IMG/VR virus record: IMGVR_UViG_3300035659_000004
Coordinates: 1 to 64,000 of that record
DNA from: a virus
DNA length: 64,000 nucleotides
Reading direction: 5' to 3' (one strand)
The notes under the pieces were generated by a model, which searched no databases, was not told where the DNA came from, and saw only the letters and a list, made by a program, of their open reading frames with translations. Of this stretch, positions 39,370 to 49,134 are shown in pieces. Position 1 is the first letter of the stretch; the number at the start of each line of letters is the position of its first letter. The position numbers and the translations under genes were made by a program.

Positions 39370-39444
39370 TCGTTCTCACCTCCTCTCAGGGGGTGATGCA
39401 AAGGTCTCCTCTCTATATACTTGTACCCAAAGTCGAGGTCGTAT

Positions 39445-42400
39445 ATGAATTTGACACCCATCCTTCAAAGTCCAGATGAGAAGCGCGAACGTATTCGGAA
39501 TAAGGTCGTGGAAGGACTGACAGAATCATTCCCAATTACGGCGCGTAACAAAATCATAGAAGTGACAGATGTTTCTTTTACTCCTCGAGACTACACCTCG
39601 AACGAGCAAAAGATGGCTATCTTGAGAGGTGATTCTCTTTTCGAGACCGCGAAGGGGACAGTGAAAATAAAAGACGCGAAGACGGGTAAAGTCTTGGATG
39701 AAGCGAAGGGATTTACATTAGCTCGAGTACCGTGGTTTACTCCACGACACACGCTTATTGTCGGAGGAAATGAATATTCGATTGCGAATATGGTGCGTCC
39801 TAAACCAGGGGTGTACGCTCGCAAGCGCGCTAATGGAATTCTCGAAGCAAGTTTTAATACCATAGGTACTTCGAACTTTAATGTAACGATGGACCCTGAA
39901 AAAGGTGAGCCAGAACTCGAATATGAATCCTCGAAGATTCCCCTTTACACCATTCTTCGTGCATCGGGTATGTCCCATGAGACTATCGCGAAGAAGTGGG
40001 GTACTGCTCTTGCGAATGAGAATCGAAAGAAGCTAGAAAAGAATCTTCCGCAACACGTAGACCGTCTTTATAAAAAAGTCGTACCGGCGTATGCCCTTCT
40101 TCCCGATCTTACTGTCGATGCGAAGATGGCTGAGATTGTTAAGCGTTATGGTACGGCTAAGATGGACCCAAAAGTAAATGAAAAAACGTTGGGACACGCG
40201 TATGGACACGTAACTCCTGACAGTCTTTTGGATGCATCAGCTAAAGTTTTGAGTATTTTCCGTAACCCAGAAGAAGTCGATGACCGAGATAATCTCGACT
40301 TCAAATCTTTGCGTTCAGTAGAGGACTTTTTCAAGGAGCGTATCCAACTCGATGCTCGAGACATTGGACGTAGAGCTGCTATTAAAATCGAGAATACCCC
40401 TGAGGTACGCAAGGCCATGGCTCCCGGGGCGTTCACTCCTGGCCTCGTCAAATTCATCACGGGCTCGCAGTTGGCAGCTGTTCCGACGCAGACCAACCCC
40501 ATGGAGCTCATCGATGCCGCAGTACGTGTGACGGCATTGGGTGAAGGTGGTATTAGTTCCGAACGTGCTATTCCAATGGAAGCACGGATGATTCATCCGA
40601 CGCAGATTGGAGCTATCGACCCTGTTCGAACGCCTGAGTCTTTTCGAGCGGGTATTGACGTCCGTGCTGCTATTGGAGCGCATCATGATAAAGATGGTAA
40701 CATCTATGTTCCCATGTTCGATTTGGCGACGGGGAAACAAAAGCATATTCGGGCAGGAGAAATTGCAACTTCAATCGTGGCATTCCCTCAGCAAGTTTTA
40801 AAGGGGAAGGTCTCAGCGCTTGTTAATGGACGTGTGGCGATGGTTCCTGCTAGTAAAGTTCAGTATCAAATACCACACTCATCTGCGATGTATGGACCTA
40901 CTTCAAATCTCATTCCGTTCATCGAATCGTTGCAAGGGAATCGCCAACTGATGGGGTCCAAGCATCAGACCCAAGCTATCTCGTTAGTTGATCGAGAAGC
41001 TCCCTATGTACAGGTAATGGCGCCGGGTGGAAAATCTTTTGAGCATCTCATGGCGACGATTGTTAATCCAACAGCGCCAGTTGCGGGAACAATTGAGAAA
41101 GTAGATGGGGATTACATCTACATTCGACCACATGATAAGACAGCAGCCGTTAAAAAGGATAAAGACTCGGACCTCGTGCGCGTGTCATATGATACGTACT
41201 TGCCGATGGCTGCTAAGACCTATCTCAACCATACCGTCACGGTGAAAGCGGGGGATGAGGTTAAGAAGGATGAGATCCTCGCGGAGTCTAATTTCACGAA
41301 AGATAAGACGCTAGCTCTCGGTAAAAATCTTTCCGTTGCATACATGCCTTATTACGGAGCAAATTCAAATGACGCGGTAGTTATCAGTTCCGGCGCCGCT
41401 AAAAAGCTGACGTCCGAACGTCTCTATAAAATTGTGCTCCCGCGTGACGCTGACATGGTTTTCAATAGTACGAAGCATAAGACGTATTACGGACATACCT
41501 ACGGACATGACTATTACAAGGGCGTAGATGAAGAAGGAGTAGTACGCCCGGGTGCGAAAATTAATAGTGGGGAACCTGTCGTATTTGGGTTGCGGAAATC
41601 GACCCTGACTTCTGATGATATTCTTCTGGGACGTCTGCACAAATCTCTCGTCCGACCTTTCCGAGATGCGACGCAGACCTGGGACCATGACCATCCCGGA
41701 GAAGTTATGGATGTCGTAAAGACGCCTAAGAGAATTGCAATCACAATAAAAACACAGGAACCTATGCAGATAGGTGATAAACTCTGTTACACGGAAGATA
41801 CAGAAGTCCTGACGACAACGGGGTGGAAGTACATTGTAGATGTTACCACCGATGATATTTGTTATACGCTCGATACGCAGGGCATAATTCATTTATATAA
41901 TCCTACACATACTAACTATTATTCTAAAGCAGGACAACTTTTTTTAGTACGTTCACAGCATGCAGATTTATCTGTGACGTTGGACCATAGTCAGGTAATT
42001 AAAGATGGTGATAGGAATAAATTAGTCCCATCGCGTGAATTGGTTAATAAGCCTTTTCAATTGGTGCGCACAGGAATTTGGACGCCGAAGAGTGCTCCTG
42101 AGTCAGACTCATGGTGTGCACTAGTTGGTTTATACGCCGTAAAAGGACATCTTATTCCTGCGACGCTTATACAGGGAGTTATGGACCATTCTGTAGAGAT
42201 TTATCTACGTCCGCGTATGTTAGAAGAAGAACGTCCTTGGTTGGACCTTATTTTGCAAGATACGCACCTGAAAGATAAGAGTTATATTCAAGGTGATATT
42301 TTGATTATCCGAGACCGAGATTTTTATTTAAGTTGTCAAGTATTAGGGGACGTCGTAGAACGGCGACTTCCAACATTGGTATTCACTCTGGCTCCTAGCC

Positions 42401-44805
42401 AAGCCGGGATAATTATTGATAGCGTTTTAAAAGCCGCAGGTCATCAGACAGGACGAAGTCATATTCAGTACGGAGATGGGACTGATGTCTGTGTCGTGTA
42501 TTCGCGGCAGTTAGCGGATGATCTACAGCGCTTGGCGCTACACGCGGGGTATTCTGCAAACATCGCAACGCATACAGTGAAACGCCCGCAATATGCGAAA
42601 CGTTATTCGCTGCGGTTCCTCCGAAAACGTAGCAATCCGTTCATCAATAACCCGAGAGGTAACCAACAGAACACGCGAGTTATCGATTCAGATGCTCCAG
42701 TGTTTGGTATTACCATTCCAAATCACACCTTGTACGTGCGTGTGAATGGAAAGCCTGTGTGGTCAGGTAACTCCGGGCGATACGGGAATAAGGGTGTGGT
42801 ATCTGAAATCGTTCCGGATGACCAGATGATTAAAGACGAAGCAGGACGACCTATCGATGTTCTTTTAACGTCAGCAGGTGTTGTCTCGCGCGTGAATCCC
42901 GCACAAATAATTGAGACAGCTGTAGGAAAGGTCGTCGAGAAGACGGGCAAGCCACTCATCGTCGAAAGCTTTTCAGGAAGAGATAATGTGAAGTGGGCGA
43001 AAGACCTTCTTCAGGAGCACGGTCTAAAAGACAAAGAGATGGTTTTTGACCCGCGTTCTGGAAAGAGTATCCCGAACGTGATGGTGGGACGCCAATACAT
43101 CTTCAAGATGTTCAAGTCCACGGACACCAACTACAGCGCACGAGGTGTGGATACCTACGACGCAAATCTTCAGCCTACGAAGGGTGGGTCTGAGAGTGCA
43201 AAGGCCATAGGTAAGATGGAGTTCGACGCGCTTGTCGCACACAACGCCCGGAATGTGTTGCGTGAGTCTTCGGTCCTGAAGAGTCAGAAGAACGATGAGT
43301 ACTGGAGAGCTCTTCAGCTAGGATATCCCACGCCTCCTCCGCGCACGTCTTTCGCTTCGGACAAGTTCTTCAATATGCTGACAGGCGCGGGAGTTCGTGT
43401 TGATCGTAAAGGCTCGAAGATAGGGTTGGCGCCTCTCACAGACGCGGACGTGATGGAGATGTCGGCAGGTGAGATACAGGACGCGAAGCTCGTCAGTGCT
43501 AAGAATTTAATGCCTGAAAAGGGTGGGCTCTTTGATCCTGCAATCACCGGTGGAATGAAAGGAACGAAGTGGTCACATATCAATTTGGCCGAGCCTATTA
43601 TCAATCCTATTTTTAATGACCCAGTTCGGCGGTTGTTAGGGATGACTAACGCGCAGCTCGATAATACCGTGCGCACAAAGGGTATCGGTTACGTTAAATC
43701 CGAGCTCGCGAAGATAGACGTCACGAAACGTGAGAGTGAACTCATGGATATGGCGAATAATAAGAAGGGAAATGTGCTCGATGATGTCACCAAGCAGATA
43801 AAGTATTTGCGGGCATTGAAGGCGCAGAACATATCTCCGGAGAAGGCTTACATCTCGAGCGTTATCCCGGTTCTTCCTCCGATCTTTCGCCCGGTGTTGC
43901 CAGGTAAGGGTGGGCAGGAGCTCATTTACGGCGACATCAATCCGCTGTACCGCGACTTGGTGTACGTGAACAACCAGTTCAAAGAGCTGAAGAAGTCTGG
44001 GAAGCTTCCTGACGAAGAGGCCAAGTTGCGAGGAACTCTCCAATCAGCGGTTGGAGCTGTGTATGGGATGAACGACCCCATCACACAGAAGTCAAAGAGT
44101 AGAAATCACAAGGGATTCCTGACGTATATCGCAGGACAGGGGAGCCCCAAGTACGGGTACGTGCATTCCAAGCTCCTGAAGAAACAGCAGGACTTGGCCG
44201 GCCGCGGAACGATTGTCCCGGATACGACTCTGGGAATGGACGAGGTCGGTCTCCCGGAGAATATGATTTGGACGATGTATAAACCGTTCATGATCACGCG
44301 CCTCGTGGGACAGGGGTATCCAGCGCTGCAGGCGAAGCAGATGGTCGATGATAAGCATCCCGCGGCGCGCGAGGCGATGATGCGCGAGACCCGGGAGCGG
44401 CCGGTCATGATCAACCGTGCGCCGACGCTGCATCGATATGGAATAGTTGGAGCATATGCCATACCCAATGCCGGAAAGACCATAAGAATCAATCCTTTCG
44501 CGGAGGTAGGTACGAACAGCGATTTCGATGGGGATACGATGATGGTCCACGTTCCAGCTGGAGCGAACGCTGTCGAAGATGTGAAGCGCATGACGCTTTC
44601 GAACACGCTTTATACTGACAAGATTCGCGGCGACCTACTCGTGGCGCCTCGGATGGAATCGGTCATGGGGCTCGCGCAAGCTACGGCGGTTACGGGAAGC
44701 GGGAAGGCAAAGGTTTACCAAACCAAAGCCGAAGCGATGGCGGACTACAATTCAGGAAAGATAGACCTGGGAACGAGGGTCACCATCAAGGACCGCAAGC
44801 CGTGA
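39445..44805 (+). CDS. rpoBC: Phage multisubunit RNA polymerase: beta fused to catalytic N-half of beta' (intein-containing)
   Basis: Beta motifs LGEGG, DPVRTPE, R.LMGSKHQTQA, LALGKN, GDKL/SGRYGNKG, SRVN, GKME; beta' motifs GLFD, IPVLPP.FRP, NRAPTLHR, NSDFDGD (44515-44535). Confidence 0.95.
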   Translation: MNLTPILQSPDEKRERIRNKVVEGLTESFPITARNKIIEVTDVSFTPRDYTSNEQKMAILRGDSLFETAKGTVKIKDAKTGKVLDEAKGFTLARVPWFTPRHTLIVGGNEYSIANMVRPKPGVYARKRANGILEASFNTIGTSNFNVTMDPEKGEPELEYESSKIPLYTILRASGMSHETIAKKWGTALANENRKKLEKNLPQHVDRLYKKVVPAYALLPDLTVDAKMAEIVKRYGTAKMDPKVNEKTLGHAYGHVTPDSLLDASAKVLSIFRNPEEVDDRDNLDFKSLRSVEDFFKERIQLDARDIGRRAAIKIENTPEVRKAMAPGAFTPGLVKFITGSQLAAVPTQTNPMELIDAAVRVTALGEGGISSERAIPMEARMIHPTQIGAIDPVRTPESFRAGIDVRAAIGAHHDKDGNIYVPMFDLATGKQKHIRAGEIATSIVAFPQQVLKGKVSALVNGRVAMVPASKVQYQIPHSSAMYGPTSNLIPFIESLQGNRQLMGSKHQTQAISLVDREAPYVQVMAPGGKSFEHLMATIVNPTAPVAGTIEKVDGDYIYIRPHDKTAAVKKDKDSDLVRVSYDTYLPMAAKTYLNHTVTVKAGDEVKKDEILAESNFTKDKTLALGKNLSVAYMPYYGANSNDAVVISSGAAKKLTSERLYKIVLPRDADMVFNSTKHKTYYGHTYGHDYYKGVDEEGVVRPGAKINSGEPVVFGLRKSTLTSDDILLGRLHKSLVRPFRDATQTWDHDHPGEVMDVVKTPKRIAITIKTQEPMQIGDKLCYTEDTEVLTTTGWKYIVDVTTDDICYTLDTQGIIHLYNPTHTNYYSKAGQLFLVRSQHADLSVTLDHSQVIKDGDRNKLVPSRELVNKPFQLVRTGIWTPKSAPESDSWCALVGLYAVKGHLIPATLIQGVMDHSVEIYLRPRMLEEERPWLDLILQDTHLKDKSYIQGDILIIRDRDFYLSCQVLGDVVERRLPTLVFTLAPSQAGIIIDSVLKAAGHQTGRSHIQYGDGTDVCVVYSRQLADDLQRLALHAGYSANIATHTVKRPQYAKRYSLRFLRKRSNPFINNPRGNQQNTRVIDSDAPVFGITIPNHTLYVRVNGKPVWSGNSGRYGNKGVVSEIVPDDQMIKDEAGRPIDVLLTSAGVVSRVNPAQIIETAVGKVVEKTGKPLIVESFSGRDNVKWAKDLLQEHGLKDKEMVFDPRSGKSIPNVMVGRQYIFKMFKSTDTNYSARGVDTYDANLQPTKGGSESAKAIGKMEFDALVAHNARNVLRESSVLKSQKNDEYWRALQLGYPTPPPRTSFASDKFFNMLTGAGVRVDRKGSKIGLAPLTDADVMEMSAGEIQDAKLVSAKNLMPEKGGLFDPAITGGMKGTKWSHINLAEPIINPIFNDPVRRLLGMTNAQLDNTVRTKGIGYVKSELAKIDVTKRESELMDMANNKKGNVLDDVTKQIKYLRALKAQNISPEKAYISSVIPVLPPIFRPVLPGKGGQELIYGDINPLYRDLVYVNNQFKELKKSGKLPDEEAKLRGTLQSAVGAVYGMNDPITQKSKSRNHKGFLTYIAGQGSPKYGYVHSKLLKKQQDLAGRGTIVPDTTLGMDEVGLPENMIWTMYKPFMITRLVGQGYPALQAKQMVDDKHPAAREAMMRETRERPVMINRAPTLHRYGIVGAYAIPNAGKTIRINPFAEVGTNSDFDGDTMMVHVPAGANAVEDVKRMTLSNTLYTDKIRGDLLVAPRMESVMGLAQATAVTGSGKAKVYQTKAEAMADYNSGKIDLGTRVTIKDRKP
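41785..42771 (+). mobile_element. Intein (329 aa) with LAGLIDADG-type remnant in RNAP beta
   Basis: Interrupts GDKL|SGRYGNKG; begins CYTEDTEVLT..GW, ends LYVRVNGKPVWSGN followed by Ser; internal YSRQLADDLQRLALHAG. Confidence 0.92.
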
Positions 44806-46274
44806 CAGATTCTCCGACGATCATCTCCGGACCGGACTATACCCTGACTAAACAGGAAGTGGTCGATTACTATAAAGACCCGGGGGTTCGAGAAAAGCTT
44901 CTTCAGCATATCGGGAGCAACCCTGTTCTGACTGTGATGCAGCGCACCCCCGGGGAGCCCATCTATCGACGCTACGACGCGAAGAAGCAGCCTCTTCTTC
45001 TGAATCCCCAGTCGTTAGACGACCTTACGAGGCAACGTACCGTGGAGTTCCACTCTACCCTCGGCGAGGGTACACGGGAAATGTGGGTAGATTTGGACCC
45101 TGGCTCGGCGGTCTCTCCCGGCCGGCTCAAGCAGACGGTGAAGCACGTTGAAGACGTGTTGCGAAAACTCCCTCAGGTCACGAATACGAATATCGTTTTT
45201 TCAGGAGGTCGAGGCTACCACGTGCGCGCCGAGCTCGAGAAGGAGCTCAAGACAGACGCCGCCCGAAAGCTTCTTCAAAAGACGTTGCGCCCGCTGCAGA
45301 CGTCGAGCCCCGACCTTGTGGATGCTCCTCCTGGAGGAACTCAGATTCGCTTGGATACCTCGACGTTCCATGCCAAAGGGTCTGTGCGGGCGCCCTACTC
45401 TTTGAACGCGACGACGGGACTGGTAGCGTTGCCTGTGGCGCGTGAAAAGTTGGACATATTCGAGCCCAAGACTGATGCGTCCATCAAGAGTGTCTTGTCC
45501 CAAAAAGACATCGGGGAGTTTGCTCCAGGGATTCCTCGAGAGCGAACGACTCAGCTCCTGCCGACTGCCAAGGGCAAGGCCTGGACGCTTGCGATACAGA
45601 AGCACGTAGCTGAAAAGGCTGGACCGCATTGGGACTTGCGCCTCGTTGACCCCGAGACAGGACAGGCCCATTCCTGGGCGGTCCCTAAGGCTTCTTTTCC
45701 GGACTCCAAGCCACGCCTTGCTTTGCAGATGCCAACGCATAGCGCGGACTACGCCCTTTCTTTTGGTGCGAAAGGTCCGCAAACTATTCGTGAAGGGTAC
45801 GGTAAGGGCACGGTGGAGATGGCGCATAAGGAGCCTATCCAAGTTTTGGAAATCAATCCAAATAAGGTTGTTTTTCAGCGCGGCTCCGGGGACACTCTGG
45901 CGATGCGTCGAACGAACGAAAACAAGTGGTTGCTCCGAAAGGCAACGAACATGACTGAGAAGAATGCTTTTTACGTTGCTGGATACCGCGCGGCGCTTGC
46001 CAAGCTTGGGGCAGCGGCAGTTAAACCTGTGGGAATGCGTGGAAAAGAGATGTCCTATGGAGAGGGAAACCGTCCCCTGGAAAGTGGAGATTCCCATCTT
46101 CCCGCGGGACAGGTTGCGATGATGTTCCAGCAGTTGCCCCGAGCTCAACGACGAGGTGGCAGTGTATCGTTGGAGAACTCGTCAGCCGTCGGAGATAACC
46201 ATGCGGATTGGGGTCCAGCAATGGACGTCTCGAGTTTTGATGGAGCTTCTCCGTATATGGCAGGACGGAACTGA
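44802..46274 (+). CDS. LigD-like primase-polymerase (AEP) + 3'-phosphoesterase fusion
   Basis: TVEFH, WVDLDP, FSGGRGYHV, RAPYSL (AEP); IQKH.A..AG.HWDLRL, SWAVPK, RLA....H..DY (PE); no ligase domain. Confidence 0.88.
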   Translation: MTDSPTIISGPDYTLTKQEVVDYYKDPGVREKLLQHIGSNPVLTVMQRTPGEPIYRRYDAKKQPLLLNPQSLDDLTRQRTVEFHSTLGEGTREMWVDLDPGSAVSPGRLKQTVKHVEDVLRKLPQVTNTNIVFSGGRGYHVRAELEKELKTDAARKLLQKTLRPLQTSSPDLVDAPPGGTQIRLDTSTFHAKGSVRAPYSLNATTGLVALPVAREKLDIFEPKTDASIKSVLSQKDIGEFAPGIPRERTTQLLPTAKGKAWTLAIQKHVAEKAGPHWDLRLVDPETGQAHSWAVPKASFPDSKPRLALQMPTHSADYALSFGAKGPQTIREGYGKGTVEMAHKEPIQVLEINPNKVVFQRGSGDTLAMRRTNENKWLLRKATNMTEKNAFYVAGYRAALAKLGAAAVKPVGMRGKEMSYGEGNRPLESGDSHLPAGQVAMMFQQLPRAQRRGGSVSLENSSAVGDNHADWGPAMDVSSFDGASPYMAGRN

Positions 46275-46277
46275 TCC

Positions 46278-48080
46278 ATGGCAGATAGGACTGACACATT
46301 CGGAAGATTGCTTGTAAATGACTTGTTGCCAGACGAGCACAAGGTCACGGGACCTATATCGAAGAAATCTTTTTATAAGATGCTCGATACGATGTCGCGT
46401 GAGACTCCGGATGCGTATGTCCGCATAGTGCCCGAGTTAAAACGTCTCGGAGATTCACTTGCTACGACGGAGGGGCTCTCGGTTGGATTGGACGATATCA
46501 CTCCCAACTATAAAGATAGGAATGAAACACTTGCTCCTTTTATTACGCGTTTCGATGCGGCTAAAACGGATAAGGCCCGGAGTCAAATAGCAGAAGAAGC
46601 GCATGGTAAGATGCAAGATGTGGCGATGCGCCATAAGGGAACGATGACGATGCAGGTACAGAGTGGGGCACGCGGTAACCCTACTCAGTACACCTCGATT
46701 GTGGCATCTCCAACTTCAGCACGAGACGGAAAAGGGAATACGGAACCCTGGCTTATCCGACGGTCCCATAGCGAAGGGCTCTCTTCGGCGGATAACTGGG
46801 TCGCGGGAAATGAAGCCATTCTTAATACTATCAGTACATACACAGCGGTATCTGAGCCGGGTGAATTGGCGAAGATTCTCGTGAGTAACATGAGCGACAT
46901 CATAGTAACAGAGGATGATTGTGGAACTACTAATGGTGTGTTTATGACTGCTTTGTCTCCTTCTGTATTGGACCGTTATCTTGCGAAAGAAGTAGGTGGT
47001 TTTAAACATAACACGCTTATTACGTCACTCAATCAGTCCAAATTAGCAAAGATTTCTTCTACTATTCTCGTCCGATCTCCGATGACGTGTGAGGCAGGGG
47101 ATGGTGTCTGCCAAAAGTGTCAGGGCCTAAATGAAAAGGGAAGCACGCATGATATCGGAACGAATGTTGGTGTACGCGCGGCCCAGGCAATGGCGGAACC
47201 TCTTACGCAATTCGCTCTCGGGGCCAAGCATGGGGCGCGAACAATTAAAGATGATCGTATCAAGGTGAAGGGGGTCCAAGGGTTTCGACAGATCATTGAA
47301 TCCCCCCAGCAGTTTGTAAACAAGGCGACGTTGGCGCAGCTGAATGGAACTGTTGAGCGCATCACTCCGGCTCCACAAGGCGGCCATTACGTCGTGATTG
47401 GTGGACAACAACACTACGTAACTCCTAATCTCGCAGTCACGGTAAAAGTTGGAACAGTCGTTCAGGCTGGAGACGCTGTAAGTCAAGGAATTCCCAAACC
47501 CGACGAAGTCGTACGACTGAAAGGTCTGGGAATAGGGCGTCAATATATTGTTGATACCTTGGCAGGTCTTTACAAGGACCAGGGTCGAGAATTAGATCAG
47601 CGGCATTTCGAGCTGCTCGCTAAGGGAGAGCTCAACTACGTGCGCGTTCTCAAAGACCCAAGCCGTAATTTCGTTCCGGGGGACGTAGTTAGTTACAACG
47701 TCTTGAGGAGGGAACTGAAGAAGGGTACCAAGGTCATGCCCGTCGACGACGCCAACGGGGAGACTTTAGGTAAAGCTTATTTTCACTTTTATACAGGAAC
47801 TCGTGTTACTCCCCAGATTCAGGCCTACCTGAAACAACAGGGAGTAAAGGAAGTCATCATCGCTCCGCGTGCGCCTGAAGTAGAATTCATCATGAAAGCT
47901 GCGACCCGAGCCCCTCTTCTAAACCCCGATTGGATGGCTCGATTGTCGCATCGCAATTTGAAAAATACAATCATGCAAGCCACGCACTTTGGAGAATCTT
48001 CAGACATCCACGGAAGCCACCCTGTTCCTGCGTATATTACGGGAGTAGAATTTGGGCAGGGTACCAAAGGAAAGTACTGA
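46278..48080 (+). CDS. rpoC: RNA polymerase beta' C-terminal half
   Basis: TFGRLL.N, SGARGN, EGLS, bridge-helix-like SEPGELAKILV, EDDCGT, RSPMTC..GVCQKC, trigger loop VG..AAQAMAEPLTQ, RHFEL. Confidence 0.93.
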   Translation: MADRTDTFGRLLVNDLLPDEHKVTGPISKKSFYKMLDTMSRETPDAYVRIVPELKRLGDSLATTEGLSVGLDDITPNYKDRNETLAPFITRFDAAKTDKARSQIAEEAHGKMQDVAMRHKGTMTMQVQSGARGNPTQYTSIVASPTSARDGKGNTEPWLIRRSHSEGLSSADNWVAGNEAILNTISTYTAVSEPGELAKILVSNMSDIIVTEDDCGTTNGVFMTALSPSVLDRYLAKEVGGFKHNTLITSLNQSKLAKISSTILVRSPMTCEAGDGVCQKCQGLNEKGSTHDIGTNVGVRAAQAMAEPLTQFALGAKHGARTIKDDRIKVKGVQGFRQIIESPQQFVNKATLAQLNGTVERITPAPQGGHYVVIGGQQHYVTPNLAVTVKVGTVVQAGDAVSQGIPKPDEVVRLKGLGIGRQYIVDTLAGLYKDQGRELDQRHFELLAKGELNYVRVLKDPSRNFVPGDVVSYNVLRRELKKGTKVMPVDDANGETLGKAYFHFYTGTRVTPQIQAYLKQQGVKEVIIAPRAPEVEFIMKAATRAPLLNPDWMARLSHRNLKNTIMQATHFGESSDIHGSHPVPAYITGVEFGQGTKGKY

Positions 48081-48083
48081 AAC

Positions 48084-48572
48084 ATGTTTCAGCAGGGATA
48101 TAGCGAAGCATTAATGCATCTTGGATTTGAAAAAAATGCAGCCGGGTGGTGGGCTGCGAAAGCGGTACCTAAGTTAAAAGAGATAGGACAATCCGCTCTG
48201 ACAAATTTTATAGGACAACCTAAACAGTTTGGGCGCGAATTGCGATCAGGTACCGCTTTCGGGTCAGGCGGTTTGATACGGGAAGGTTTTAAAGCTCCTG
48301 GAATTATTCAAAAAGGTCTTATGTATGGGTTTCCCGCAGTTTCTGCTATACAAACTATTCGAAGCAACGACCCTGATAAGGGGGGTGCATTAGGTGGACT
48401 CATTGGTGGAACACTCGCAAGCTCCGCGGCGTTTGGGCCACTTGGAATGCTCGGAGCGATGCCTGCTGGATATCTAGGAGAGGTAGCAGGTAAGCGTTTA
48501 GTGCATGGAGCAAAAAATATTTTAGGTATTGGGAATCAGACTGCTCCAAGATATACTTCTTTGCAGCAGTAA
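48084..48572 (+). CDS. Gly-rich hydrophobic putative internal/ejection protein
   Basis: N-terminal QGYSEALMHLGFEKNA then glycine-zipper segments. Confidence 0.55.
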   Translation: MFQQGYSEALMHLGFEKNAAGWWAAKAVPKLKEIGQSALTNFIGQPKQFGRELRSGTAFGSGGLIREGFKAPGIIQKGLMYGFPAVSAIQTIRSNDPDKGGALGGLIGGTLASSAAFGPLGMLGAMPAGYLGEVAGKRLVHGAKNILGIGNQTAPRYTSLQQ

Positions 48573-48622
48573 GGAAACAAGCCGCGGCACAATTACCCGG
48601 CTAAGAACGTAAGGAAGGTCAA

Positions 48623-49114
48623 ATGAACGCAGAACTCGTGAAGCAAGCGTATGCCTACGGTGCCGCAGTTGCGCTACAGGAACTTGGTTTCAACCCACAG
48701 CAAGCTCAGAATGGGGGAGTGAAGTTGGCGGAAGCCAAGCTCGCCGAGGGGGAAGAAGAAGGTGGAATGCATCCAGCTTTGGCCGCTCTCCTTGGCGGTG
48801 GCGCGGGTGCTCTCGGCGGTGCGGCTTTGGGTGCTGGCAGTGCGTTCATTCCTGGTTTACGCGGCGGAAGAGGTTTGAATAAACTGTTGGGGCGTCCAAT
48901 GTCCGCGGCACAAGGCGGCGGTATTATGGCTGGAAAGGTCACACCCGACGCTCTGTTCAAAAACAAATTCGTGCGCAAGCATTTGATGAACCAAGGTGAA
49001 GCGGCGGCTGACTTCCTGCCAAAACTGCAGGATGCATATCTTCGTGGAATGGGTGGCGCAGGCGTAGGCGCTCTCGGTGGAGGCCTTGCTGGCGGCCTAA
49101 TGGCGGGTGAGTGA
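48623..49114 (+). CDS. Gly-zipper putative internal/ejection protein
   Basis: VKQAYAYGAAVALQELG; VKLAEAKLAE; GGGAGALGGAALGAG. Confidence 0.55.
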   Translation: MNAELVKQAYAYGAAVALQELGFNPQQAQNGGVKLAEAKLAEGEEEGGMHPALAALLGGGAGALGGAALGAGSAFIPGLRGGRGLNKLLGRPMSAAQGGGIMAGKVTPDALFKNKFVRKHLMNQGEAAADFLPKLQDAYLRGMGGAGVGALGGGLAGGLMAGE

Positions 49115-49134
49115 TTTAACAAGGAGTAACTAAA

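Noticed and set aside
45201-46148. Long antisense ORFs (also 21254-22063, 55631-56404, 58221-58901, 63042-63761)
   Set aside because: Shadow frames of well-supported genes on the opposite strand, with no motifs or RBS.
39445-48080. Host chromosomal rpoBC locus
   Set aside because: No ribosomal protein genes nearby; the subunits are compact, divergent and flanked by portal and capsid genes.
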